This document shows positions 41,581-50,694 of a stretch of DNA of 64,000 nucleotides, one piece after another (within the stretch, counting starts at the first letter, position 1; every line of letters starts with the position of its first letter). The stretch lies in IMG/VR virus record IMGVR_UViG_3300040801_004034, positions 1-64,000 of that record. One strand, 5' to 3'. The translations under genes and the position numbers were made by a program. The notes beneath the pieces are model-generated. The model was not told the DNA's origin. It worked only from the letters and a program-made list of their open reading frames with translations, and searched no databases.

Positions 41581-42438
41581 ATGAGCAATACAAATTCACT
41601 AGTTGATATATGGGACAGATACCAAAATGGTGTTATTTCAGAAAAGTTTGTACCACAAAAGGAAACAAAACATGGTACAAAACCTGGTAAGGGACCAAAT
41701 AATCTAAACAGCGATAAAAACAAAGGTATATATAAGCAAGATACAACTGGACCTAATGCACAGGAGGATAGTCTTAAGAAGCCTATTGACCCTAAAAACG
41801 CTAAGGAAGAAGACGAACTTTATGACTCTGATAAGTTTTCTTCAGAAAAATATGACGAAAGTGTTGAAAAAGTAGATAGTGATATGATAAATAATTGTAT
41901 GGCAAAGAAAACACAATTTGATAAACTCTTCGAAATGGTTACTGGCGACGGTGATGATTTTTCAATCGGTAATGAACCAGAAGTTGATATGGAGCTCGAT
42001 GCTCTTGGTATTGACGATGAAGGTGGCGATGGTGATGGTGAAGATGTAACAATCACTATTTCAAGTCAAGCTGTTGAATGCTTACGAGAAATCTTAGCAC
42101 AGATCGACGGTGACGAAGAAGGTGATGATGAATTCGGAGACGAAGATGGTGGTGATGATGAATTCGGTGATGATGAAGATGATAATGAAGATCCATTTGG
42201 TGAAGCTGTTGAATCACAAGATGTACCAGACTCAGCAGGTATGAAACTTCAAGACAAGAACAACAAGGTTAATGCACCGGGTTACAAACAAAGCGGTGGA
42301 AAAGCATCTGGTAAGATCAAGAAATCAGACGATGAAGGTTCTGATGTAAGTGATTCAGATGGTAAGAAAATGCAAGACAAAAACAACAAGGTGAAGTCAA
42401 ATAAGACATCAACAGTTGGTAAGTCACTTTTTGATTAA
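41581..42438 (+). CDS. highly charged late protein (possible prohead core/scaffold)
   Basis: D/E/G-rich tracts; duplicated G[MK]K[LM]QDKNNKV; start 5 nt after TATAAATA. Confidence 0.65.
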   Translation: MSNTNSLVDIWDRYQNGVISEKFVPQKETKHGTKPGKGPNNLNSDKNKGIYKQDTTGPNAQEDSLKKPIDPKNAKEEDELYDSDKFSSEKYDESVEKVDSDMINNCMAKKTQFDKLFEMVTGDGDDFSIGNEPEVDMELDALGIDDEGGDGDGEDVTITISSQAVECLREILAQIDGDEEGDDEFGDEDGGDDEFGDDEDDNEDPFGEAVESQDVPDSAGMKLQDKNNKVNAPGYKQSGGKASGKIKKSDDEGSDVSDSDGKKMQDKNNKVKSNKTSTVGKSLFD

Positions 42439-42460
42439 TCTTTAAGCCATAAACAATTTA

Positions 42461-42494
42461 ATACTCTACATTTCACGATGTAGAGTATTTTTTT
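42461..42494 (+). terminator. intrinsic terminator
   Basis: ATACTCTACAT-TTCACG-ATGTAGAGTAT followed by a T run. Confidence 0.8.
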
Positions 42495-42508
42495 GTATAA
42501 ATATAGTT

Positions 42509-42853
42509 GTGGATAAGTTTGATAAATTTTTCAATGATAGACAATCATCGACATCACTCGGTAATATAAAGCAACCGAACTCACCTGACTACTATAAACG
42601 TCATGAAAACAAACACATGAAAGGTATCGGTAAGGATGTAGCTGATTATGCTAAGAAGAGTGGAAACACATCAGAACGAAAAATAGACAATATTAAAAAA
42701 CGTGGTGGTCAAACTGCATTAGCTCCACAAGATGTACAATATGTTCAAAAGACATATGTCTTGGATCTCCCTCAACTAGGTCAGTCTAAGCAGCTTGGTA
42801 ACACAGGTGTAACTATCACAAACAACAATAACACATATTTCATATCTAAATGA
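42509..42853 (+). CDS. hypothetical late protein
   Basis: GTG start 5 nt after TATAAATA. Confidence 0.65.
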   Translation: MDKFDKFFNDRQSSTSLGNIKQPNSPDYYKRHENKHMKGIGKDVADYAKKSGNTSERKIDNIKKRGGQTALAPQDVQYVQKTYVLDLPQLGQSKQLGNTGVTITNNNNTYFISK

Positions 42854-43635
42854 GTTCAATAGATTTCAACAACTGCTATCCTGGTATGGTTCAAGATGAT
42901 GAGACATGCTTCAGATTTACTGACAAATCGGTACAAGAGAATGAACGTACTATTTATGATAATGCTTGGAGAGAAGAGATAAACAAGTACGGCATTCAAG
43001 TAAACTACTATGTAAATACATTCACTACACTTTCAGCAGATAATATCTATGGTGAACAAACAACACAAGTATTTTCTGAACCGCGTACGATTAAGATCGG
43101 TGCTGAACTTAATGATGATGCTGTGACATTGTCGAGATTTGGATATGAAAGTGATGATCTTATATCTGCTATGATACATATCAAAACGTTCGAAACAGTA
43201 TTCGGATCATTAAGATCTGTCTACAACAAACAGAATAGTTTGATAGAACCTAAAGCAGGTGATGTATTTCAACTCACGGAATATGGAGATGATAGACCGG
43301 GAGGACGTCAAGCAAAATATTTTGAAATTACAGAACGTCTTGATCAGGCAATAGCTGAAATTAACCAGCTTCAAGGACATTTCGTGTTTAGAATCAAAGC
43401 TAAACGTCTTGATTATTCATATGAACCTGGCATTCCATTCAACAGTGTTGTTGATGGTGTTTCTGGTAACCAACAAATTTACGAAGATACATTTACTGGT
43501 AGATTATCTGGTGGTACACATCCAGAAACAGAAGGTAAGAAAGAGAACTACGGTCAATATGACGCTGACAAAAACAGCTTCAATATATTTGATATGGATT
43601 CAGAAGATCGTGGAGACCAATACGGTAGATATTAA
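42850..43635 (+). CDS. gp14: neck protein gp14-like
   Basis: E.I.KYG..V.Y…IYGE…LSRFG…PKAGD…FEIT…YSYE. Confidence 0.75.
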   Translation: MSSIDFNNCYPGMVQDDETCFRFTDKSVQENERTIYDNAWREEINKYGIQVNYYVNTFTTLSADNIYGEQTTQVFSEPRTIKIGAELNDDAVTLSRFGYESDDLISAMIHIKTFETVFGSLRSVYNKQNSLIEPKAGDVFQLTEYGDDRPGGRQAKYFEITERLDQAIAEINQLQGHFVFRIKAKRLDYSYEPGIPFNSVVDGVSGNQQIYEDTFTGRLSGGTHPETEGKKENYGQYDADKNSFNIFDMDSEDRGDQYGRY

Positions 43636-43769
43636 TCTAGTTCGTTTTCAGCTAACCAGTATTCAAAAGCGCATTCATCGCAATAGCACTGACCTTCTGG
43701 TAACCAGTTTGGATTGAAATCCTCATCACCGCATGATTCACATGCATCTGGTTCTTCTAGATCAATCAT
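43632..43769 (-). CDS. 45-aa zinc-finger miniprotein (below the ORF-track cutoff)
   Basis: MIDLEEPDACESCG…CYCDECAFEYWLAENELD*; coupled to the upstream ORF by TAATG. Confidence 0.65.
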   Translation of the reverse strand: MIDLEEPDACESCGDEDFNPNWLPEGQCYCDECAFEYWLAENELD

Positions 43770-43990
43770 TACACACCTTTGAATTTATCAATTATTTCAT
43801 CAGCAATAATTGTGTTATCGAACGTTACTTCCGAAACGAGCTTACCATTGCTATAAAAGACATAGATAAACTTACCATCTTGTCTTCTTATATTACGAAG
43901 CACCATGTCGACTCCTTTTGGAAAGTCTTTATGGTGCTTTATATCATTTTTAAATTTTGCTCCAGGGATATATTTCATCGTCATCAACAC
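43769..43990 (-). CDS. hypothetical protein
   Basis: Part of an overlapping minus-strand gene train. Confidence 0.55.
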   Translation of the reverse strand: MLMTMKYIPGAKFKNDIKHHKDFPKGVDMVLRNIRRQDGKFIYVFYSNGKLVSEVTFDNTIIADEIIDKFKGV

Positions 43991-44249
43991 CGCTTCGATA
44001 TCGGTTTATATTATATTTCATATCACCGAAACGCTCTTCAACGTATTTTTGTAAGGCTCCCGGTTTAATCCATGATGTGCTTTTATCTGTATTTACACCA
44101 ACTCTTTCAGCATGAGCGGCAGCTAGATTTACACCCTCGTATAAGCATGCAAATCTAGCAATAAAACCATCACCATATGATTCTTCAGCATCGTTTTTTA
44201 GTCCTTGTTGTTTAGCTAGTTCGATACTATTGTTCATCTGTTTTTTCAT
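43950..44249 (-). CDS. hypothetical protein
   Basis: Part of an overlapping minus-strand gene train. Confidence 0.6.
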   Translation of the reverse strand: MKKQMNNSIELAKQQGLKNDAEESYGDGFIARFACLYEGVNLAAAHAERVGVNTDKSTSWIKPGALQKYVEERFGDMKYNINRYRSGVDDDEIYPWSKI

Positions 44250-44649
44250 GTAATGATTGTAACAGAGTTCCTAATATCTTATAATCAAGTGTATTATCAT
44301 CATTGATTTTAAGAGCTATCAATTGTTCACGAACACTACGTAAATTATTCAATAGCATCTTTTTACATGAATTATTGAATGTAGCTGTTTTATCATCTGT
44401 GTTATTTGTTTGAAATGTATTATAAATCTGTTCCTCAATTAAATTGAAAATTATCTTGATCGTAGCTGTCTGCACTTTTTGGTTTTTAGAAAGAACCTTC
44501 CCAGCTAAAATATTATCATACTGTTCCATCGGTACAAATTTCTTCAGCAACTTAATAATATCGTCGATACTAGGTGTTTCTGGTTCTTCAACCGGTCGAT
44601 CTAATATTGTTGTCGGTACCTCTCTAGTAATCTTATCTAATTCGCTCAT
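44227..44649 (-). CDS. hypothetical protein
   Basis: ATGA overlap with the upstream gene. Confidence 0.6.
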   Translation of the reverse strand: MSELDKITREVPTTILDRPVEEPETPSIDDIIKLLKKFVPMEQYDNILAGKVLSKNQKVQTATIKIIFNLIEEQIYNTFQTNNTDDKTATFNNSCKKMLLNNLRSVREQLIALKINDDNTLDYKILGTLLQSLHEKTDEQ

Positions 44650-45011
44650 TTCTTTGTATAAATCGGAGTAGTCTTAAGCGCTGTATTAATCGATAACATT
44701 GATTGAACTTTACGCTCACATCGTTCACATTCATATTCAACATCTTCATTGAGTGATACTTCAACGTTCTGTACATGATTTTGACCACATGGGCATGATA
44801 GTGGCTTAAGAGATTTGATTTTTGATGATTCAATATCAGCTTGAATTTCAGCTGCTTGCTTTTTGAGCCGGTTTATGTAAAGTGTTCTAATACCTGACCA
44901 GATCAAAAACTGTAAAATCGTTGCAACTATGAACACGGGTATAAATTGTTCTTGGAAAAGGAATGCAAAGCATGTACTAATACCAAGCGTTATTAAAATG
45001 GATTGTATCAT
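44646..45011 (-). CDS. membrane protein with two TM segments and a C-terminal zinc ribbon
   Basis: Two hydrophobic segments; CPCG…CERC. Confidence 0.65.
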   Translation of the reverse strand: MIQSILITLGISTCFAFLFQEQFIPVFIVATILQFLIWSGIRTLYINRLKKQAAEIQADIESSKIKSLKPLSCPCGQNHVQNVEVSLNEDVEYECERCERKVQSMLSINTALKTTPIYTKK

Positions 45012-45364
45012 TATTTTATTTTAGCTACATACCCACCAATTTTCCACAACTTTCTCTTCATCTCTTCTAATGCTTTGAGCGGTGCATCAATCTTGTCCGT
45101 ATCCTTTATAGAAGGGTTAACCTTTGCAATTTTAAGAGAAAATATCAAATTATCAATATTGATCACAGCATCTGTTGTAGTATTTGAAAAATTATTGAGC
45201 GGGTAACCTGGTTGTCTTTGCGCAGTTGTAATTTCTTTGTTTTGTTGCTGTCTCAACATATCGTTGATATTCTGCGTACCAGGCATTTGTTCTGACCCGA
45301 TGCCTCCCATTGAGTGTGTTTGGCTGTCGCCAGCATCTTCATTAACTGGTTTGTTAGATTTCAT
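45011..45364 (-). CDS. hypothetical late protein
   Basis: TAAATA 5 nt upstream. Confidence 0.65.
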   Translation of the reverse strand: MKSNKPVNEDAGDSQTHSMGGIGSEQMPGTQNINDMLRQQQNKEITTAQRQPGYPLNNFSNTTTDAVINIDNLIFSLKIAKVNPSIKDTDKIDAPLKALEEMKRKLWKIGGYVAKIK

Positions 45365-45439
45365 ACTATTATTTAATTGAATATATCAGTAATTGTGATA
45401 CTATATAGGTTTTAACGCACTGATATAATAAATAATTGT

Positions 45440-45856
45440 ATGGAGATGTATAGTAAGAAATTTCAAAATGTACTCAATGAACAAGATCTATCAGAACTTG
45501 ATACAGATAAAGAGGCATTTGCAGCACAGTTAGACCCAGGTACAGCACCTGAAGATTATGATACCGAGCCTGCACCTCAAGGTGCAACTGGCGCAATTAC
45601 ACAACAGCAACAACAAATGTTTAGCGAGCTTTCAAGCTGGATCACTAGAATGGATGATTTTGCTGATTTCATGAATGGTGTTGAAGGTAGTATGCAATCA
45701 TCTCTTAATAGTGCAGAACCAGATACATTATTCGATGTTATCGGAAGTAGTGAAACAAAGAAAATTGCACGTGTTGCAATGGAAATTTCATCTCTTAGCG
45801 AAATCCTTAAAGGTTATCTTGCAAGTTCCAATAACCCAAGATATAAGGGCGTGTAG
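45440..45856 (+). CDS. hypothetical late protein (possible head protein)
   Basis: TAAATA 5 nt upstream; N-terminus …FQNVLNE. Confidence 0.65.
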   Translation: MEMYSKKFQNVLNEQDLSELDTDKEAFAAQLDPGTAPEDYDTEPAPQGATGAITQQQQQMFSELSSWITRMDDFADFMNGVEGSMQSSLNSAEPDTLFDVIGSSETKKIARVAMEISSLSEILKGYLASSNNPRYKGV

Positions 45857-45940
45857 CCCCTTTTGTAACTCGTTATATATCAACGAGATTCAAACCTGTT
45901 AATCAGTTGTAATTCACCTGGTTCGATCATAAGTATTATT

Positions 45941-47065
45941 ATGGTCGATGTAATTGAAAAATACAAACAAGGTTCTTCAATGAGAGAGCTTGCTATAGAG
46001 TACAAATGTTCACAGAACAAAATTAAAAAATATCTTGTTGATAACAATATTACATTACGAACACGATCCCAAGCACTATCAAAGAATACATGCGAACAAT
46101 ATAGAGATGAGATACTTCAAAAGTACGCAGATTCTATAACAATTGGTCGGTTAACAAAAGAGTATAACATACCTAGTCATAAAATACGCGAATTCCTCAA
46201 ATCGAACGATGTTCATGTCCGTACTAAAGAAGAAGAATATATAACCGAATGCGAACAACAAAACATCAATATACAGGACATAGTTCGCAGGTATAATGAA
46301 GATGGTGTACCTGCAAAGGAACTTTCCAGGATTTACAACACATCCCATACACGTATAAAGACAATTTTCAACAAATTCGGTAACGGGTTAAAAACAACGA
46401 AAGAAATTCGTAACAGTAAATGGTATAATGATAAATTATCGAAAACAACAACTAAAATACAAGACCAAACACAGATAGATGATATTCTAGAAATGTACAG
46501 TAATGATGTTAGATGCGAGGATATAGCTGAAAAATATAACATATCTATTGGATCTATTATGAATCTTCTAAACCGTGTTGGTGTTGAGAAACGCTGTAGA
46601 AAACAAGTTGATAAGAATGCAGTAGCTCAACGAGAAGCTACAATGAATGAAAAATACGGTGTATCATATTTTATGCAGGATCCTAAAAACATATACAAAC
46701 CGTATTGTATGTATAGTGTCGAAATTGAGGGTATCGAATATACGAATTTACAAGGTTTTGAAAAACAAGGTATTATATATTTGAATGAATGTTACAACAT
46801 AAACTATAGCGAGATTTTAGCAGGTCGAAACGAACATATACCGACGATAAAATATGTTTCAACAGATAAAAAACAACACTACTATTTTCCTGATATCTAC
46901 ATACCGTCTCAAAATATGTTAATCGAAATCAAATGTGAGTATACATTTTCAACTTCGAAACATATTACAATGCTTAAACACAAAGCATGTAAAGAGCAGG
47001 GGTATAAACACAAAATTATTATATTCAACAACACCGGAACAGAAATAATTGAAACTATAGCTTAA
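45941..47065 (+). mobile_element. putative free-standing homing endonuclease (four HTH repeats plus TnsA-like PD-(D/E)XK domain)
   Basis: Repeated Y..G.s…l…YN HTH units; YYFPDIYIP…LIEIKCEYT; TAAGTA 5 nt upstream. Confidence 0.75.
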
Positions 47066-47074
47066 ATAATAATA

Positions 47075-47539
47075 ATGAATACTAATGACACAGACTTAAT
47101 TTTTGAAGCATACTCAAATTCTCGACAACCAAGAGATTATCAACTAAACGGTATTGTTACTGTTCAGGGTAAAACGTTCATGCTTGATGAACAAACCGGT
47201 GATGAGGATAATAGCTGGGTTGTAACGGACGACAGCGGTGAAGAATATCTATTCGTCCCTGGTACAGAAGATAGTTATGAAGCTCCACAAGCTGTTCATC
47301 AGGTAACGCCTGAAGAAGCTGAAGAAGATGAAGACGATGAAGACGATGATTCAGAAGCTGAAGAAGATGAAAATGAAGAAGCTGAAGAAGATGATGATTC
47401 AGATGCTGAAGAATACGAAAATGAAGAAGCTGAAGAAGATGACGAAGACGAAGAAGATGTAAGTCATAATGAAAGCCGCTTCGTATCAGAAGACGATTTG
47501 ATCAACGAAGCATACTATGCATCAAAACACAAACGATAG
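47075..47539 (+). CDS. acidic late protein with EAEEDE repeats
   Basis: LIFEAY and LINEAYY motifs; TAAATA 6 nt upstream. Confidence 0.65.
   Translation: MNTNDTDLIFEAYSNSRQPRDYQLNGIVTVQGKTFMLDEQTGDEDNSWVVTDDSGEEYLFVPGTEDSYEAPQAVHQVTPEEAEEDEDDEDDDSEAEEDENEEAEEDDDSDAEEYENEEAEEDDEDEEDVSHNESRFVSEDDLINEAYYASKHKR
47311..47460 (+). repeat. acidic low-complexity repeat (GAAGCTGAAGAAGAT units)
   Basis: Seen directly in the sequence. Confidence 0.8.
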
Positions 47540-47786
47540 TAAGTTAATTTTTGAAGCATATCAATCGTCATCATCAGTAAAAGATGATCATACTGTTGTT
47601 GTTCATATAAACGAAAAAGATTATTTCGAGTCATTCTGTAAGTTTATGGATGAACTATCAAATTTAGCTGCAGCAGGTGCATCGAGAGAGATCGGGATCT
47701 TAGATCCATCTGATGATGAGGAAAGATCGATCACATGGAGTTTTGATGGCGATGGTTCAACTAGATTTGAAATAGAAAAAAGCTAA
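47517..47786 (+). CDS. small protein with an N-terminal LIFEAY motif
   Basis: Overlaps the previous ORF by 23 nt. Confidence 0.6.
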   Translation: MHQNTNDSKLIFEAYQSSSSVKDDHTVVVHINEKDYFESFCKFMDELSNLAAAGASREIGILDPSDDEERSITWSFDGDGSTRFEIEKS

Positions 47787-48820
47787 ACTTGTTTAAGTAA
47801 TATTTCCCCCTTGAGCCCTGAGTGAGTATTTTTTAATATGAACTCAGGGTCCACTTTGTCTATATTCCCGTATACGCACATTTCATTCATATCCTTAAAT
47901 CGCTTACCGAATAATTCAGGCCAAATAAAGACTTTATACCCTTCATCAATTGCGATTTTACTTTTCTTTAAAGCAGCACTATCCTGCCATTGAGAATCGA
48001 ATACGAATATTTTTTCGTGTAATCTAAATCTATCAATTTGCTCTTGTTGCTTCTGTGTGAAGAAAATTTTCGATTTATCTGTTATTCCGCAAGTAGCTAA
48101 CCCGTTTTGTACAAAATAACTATCAATCGGTCCTTCAAATATAAACAAGTAATCTAGATCAACTGACACATTGTGTATACCATAGAGAGATTTTTCAGCA
48201 CCGATCTTGCTAATATACTTTGATTTCGTATCATTCGGTAGCATTGACCTCGTTTGATAAAATACAATCTTACCTGATTCATCATAAAATGGTAGTACTA
48301 ATCTGTTTTTATGTGTAAAGTCTTTAAGAGAAACGTATAGTGCTTTCGGACTATTGACTCCCCTTAGTAGATGCCTGCTCTCAATGAGTTCCAAGCATTT
48401 CTTTACAACCGGTTCATTTTTGTAGTACTCAACTTGATTACGATCTGTCAGATTGATACAATCATCAGGTAAACTCGGTAATTCCTGTTTTGTCTCATTT
48501 TGACCAAACGATGATATATCCGTCTGTTCAGTAATATCAATTGTTGAATCAAACCCTTTAACATGTTCAATGAGCTGTGAAACGCTCCAATGGTTTAGAT
48601 CCATCAAAAACTGAAACGGCTTTTTACTGTAACCGCAGTTATGACAAAAAGCTACTTCTTTCTCAGGTATATAAAAGAAACGTTTCTTTATCCCCCAACT
48701 CTTGCCCTCTCGACAAAAAGGACAACAACCATTGTATGTGTTGTTGAACTTTTGAAATTTTAGCTTATGTACATTCTCGTAAAGTTTTTGTACAACAAAT
48801 TGCTCGGGTATCTGAATCAC
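47783..48820 (-). CDS. gp61: DNA primase gp61
   Basis: CPFC…CHNC zinc finger, RLVLPF, FYQTR, TOPRIM FEGPIDS, KDMNEM. Confidence 0.92.
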   Translation of the reverse strand: MIQIPEQFVVQKLYENVHKLKFQKFNNTYNGCCPFCREGKSWGIKKRFFYIPEKEVAFCHNCGYSKKPFQFLMDLNHWSVSQLIEHVKGFDSTIDITEQTDISSFGQNETKQELPSLPDDCINLTDRNQVEYYKNEPVVKKCLELIESRHLLRGVNSPKALYVSLKDFTHKNRLVLPFYDESGKIVFYQTRSMLPNDTKSKYISKIGAEKSLYGIHNVSVDLDYLFIFEGPIDSYFVQNGLATCGITDKSKIFFTQKQQEQIDRFRLHEKIFVFDSQWQDSAALKKSKIAIDEGYKVFIWPELFGKRFKDMNEMCVYGNIDKVDPEFILKNTHSGLKGEILLKQV

Positions 48821-48826
48821 CCGTTA

Positions 48827-48854
48827 ATTATATACTAGAAAATGCTTTAATCTA
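48827..48854 (-). promoter_or_regulatory. early promoter TAGATT-N16-TATAAT, 6 nt before GTG
   Basis: Read directly from the sequence. Confidence 0.7.
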
Positions 48855-49061
48855 GTCTTGTTTCTTATGAACACCAGAAACATCTTCATATGTACCATCT
48901 GCACGCTCGATCTTTACAATACCTTTATGGAAGAAGATACCAGATGATGGGCAGTAGTATTGAGCTTCTGTATAAACGTCTTGACCAACAGTCTTTGTAA
49001 CAATTTTTGGAGATGTAATTACACCTGATGGAGAGCTGATTCTTTTTGGAGTGATAAACAT
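48852..49061 (-). CDS. small hypothetical late protein
   Basis: TAAATA 8 nt upstream. Confidence 0.6.
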   Translation of the reverse strand: MFITPKRISSPSGVITSPKIVTKTVGQDVYTEAQYYCPSSGIFFHKGIVKIERADGTYEDVSGVHKKQD

Positions 49062-49080
49062 TATACAATTATTTATGCAT

Positions 49081-49932
49081 CTATGATAGCAGATCTAGTA
49101 ATCTTTTACTCTGAAACAGAGTACTATACCATATTTCGCGTTTATTAAGGATTTGTTGAAAACCATTTGCTTCAACAAGCTGTAAAAACTCTTTCCAATT
49201 TTGATCAAAACTTATCGTTTCAAGCTGCTGTTTGACGTACTCTGCATCTTCACCGTCTGCCTTAAGTGTCATAAGTTTTAAATTATGTTCCAACACTTCT
49301 TGCTGTTCTGGTGTAAGCTCGACCTCACCTGCAAGATACCTAGCAATCGTTTTAGGTCCAAACCCTTTAATACCTGCTATGTTATCTGACTTGTCACCAT
49401 TAATAGCTTTATACGTTAAAAATTCATCTGGTTTACATTTTAGTAGTTCTTCAAAATTATGAAGTGCAAAGGTACGTTTTCTTACAGGATCAACAACTTC
49501 AGTTGTTTCATTAATAAGTTGGCACATATCTAAATCAGCTGACATAATTTGTATGTAACTGTCTTTATATTCATTACATAAAATGCATATTACATCATCA
49601 GCTTCATAGTGTTGCGGAAAGACGCTAGGAATACCTAATGTCTGGAGTAGTTCTTTTATTAAATCGTTTTGAGCATGGACACGTAAACTATACTCTTTGT
49701 CACGGTTCTGTTTATAATTCTCATCTTCTGATTTCCGTTTATTCGGAGTATTGCCCAATTTCTCATCCCATACGCAAATAGTTTTTGTCGGGTTGAAATC
49801 ACTAACATATTTTTTAATACATATCAGTAATAAATACACATGAAAAAATTCATCATCTGCATTTGATTGTTGACCTCTATAGAACACTCTATGTACAAGG
49901 TTATTACCATCGATTATTAATAATCTATCCAT
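49081..49932 (-). CDS. rnh: 5'-3' exonuclease / RNase H (FEN-like)
   Basis: IDGNNL, YKQNR, YEADDVI, SADLD, GDKSDNIAGIKGFGPKT. Confidence 0.92.
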   Translation of the reverse strand: MDRLLIIDGNNLVHRVFYRGQQSNADDEFFHVYLLLICIKKYVSDFNPTKTICVWDEKLGNTPNKRKSEDENYKQNRDKEYSLRVHAQNDLIKELLQTLGIPSVFPQHYEADDVICILCNEYKDSYIQIMSADLDMCQLINETTEVVDPVRKRTFALHNFEELLKCKPDEFLTYKAINGDKSDNIAGIKGFGPKTIARYLAGEVELTPEQQEVLEHNLKLMTLKADGEDAEYVKQQLETISFDQNWKEFLQLVEANGFQQILNKREIWYSTLFQSKRLLDLLS

Positions 49933-49933
49933 T

Positions 49934-50137
49934 TTATTCCTCTTCTTTTATATAAACAGGTCTAGCTTTACCATAACGATTAGCAATACCTTCAGTTAAG
50001 TAAATTTTCGGCGGAACTCGAACTTCTCCGGTCCCGTTTCTACCGCGTTTGAACATGGCTTTATAAGCATCATGGCGTGTCTCATTCATTCCATGAGCAA
50101 TCCATCCGATTTGTGTAAATTTTTCTGGTTCATTCAT
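49934..50137 (-). CDS. hypothetical protein
   Basis: 67 aa; ATGA overlap with the upstream gene. Confidence 0.55.
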   Translation of the reverse strand: MNEPEKFTQIGWIAHGMNETRHDAYKAMFKRGRNGTGEVRVPPKIYLTEGIANRYGKARPVYIKEEE

Positions 50138-50694
50138 AATACTGTTTCAATGCTCTTCCAAACCATATCGAACGTCAAATTCTGGGTATTCCAATCCGAC
50201 GGCACACATACCGCTTGACCACCATTTGCTCTAAATGCGTTACAGAATTTACTATTGTCGTCGATTAACAATGTATGCGGTTTTGCTAAAAGCTCTTTAT
50301 GATGAGTTAGTATAATGTTTTCTTCCGGTGCATTTAAATTCTTAACACACCATGCAATTTTTTGTGACGGACAATTCTTATCATTAGCTAGTGGTTTAGT
50401 ACAAATATACATTTCATCACAATATTGATGCAAATATTTGTATAGTTGGTTAGCCCAAGGCATTGGTCTCAATGATGACCAAAAATTGAGCTCATTTTTA
50501 ATTAACAATGCCCATTCATCATGTGTTAAATTCCAATGTTGGTGTAAATTCCATGAATTTGAATGTATTATATCATCAATCGTTTTATGCAAATTCGTAT
50601 CTGTACACGCGTCGTTACAAACTTCAACACACCGTTCGGTAAAATGAGCTAGAACACCATCCATATCTAGAAAAATTGTTTTATACCTCTTCAT
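50134..50694 (-). CDS. HAD-family 5'(3')-deoxyribonucleotidase
   Basis: FLDMDGVLAHF, K..W, LLIDD; start placed at MKRYK. Confidence 0.85.
   Translation of the reverse strand: MKRYKTIFLDMDGVLAHFTERCVEVCNDACTDTNLHKTIDDIIHSNSWNLHQHWNLTHDEWALLIKNELNFWSSLRPMPWANQLYKYLHQYCDEMYICTKPLANDKNCPSQKIAWCVKNLNAPEENIILTHHKELLAKPHTLLIDDNSKFCNAFRANGGQAVCVPSDWNTQNLTFDMVWKSIETVL

Noticed and set aside
45866-45935. Intact tRNA gene
   Set aside because: Anticodon- and T-loop-like words are present, but acceptor, anticodon and T stems cannot be formed.
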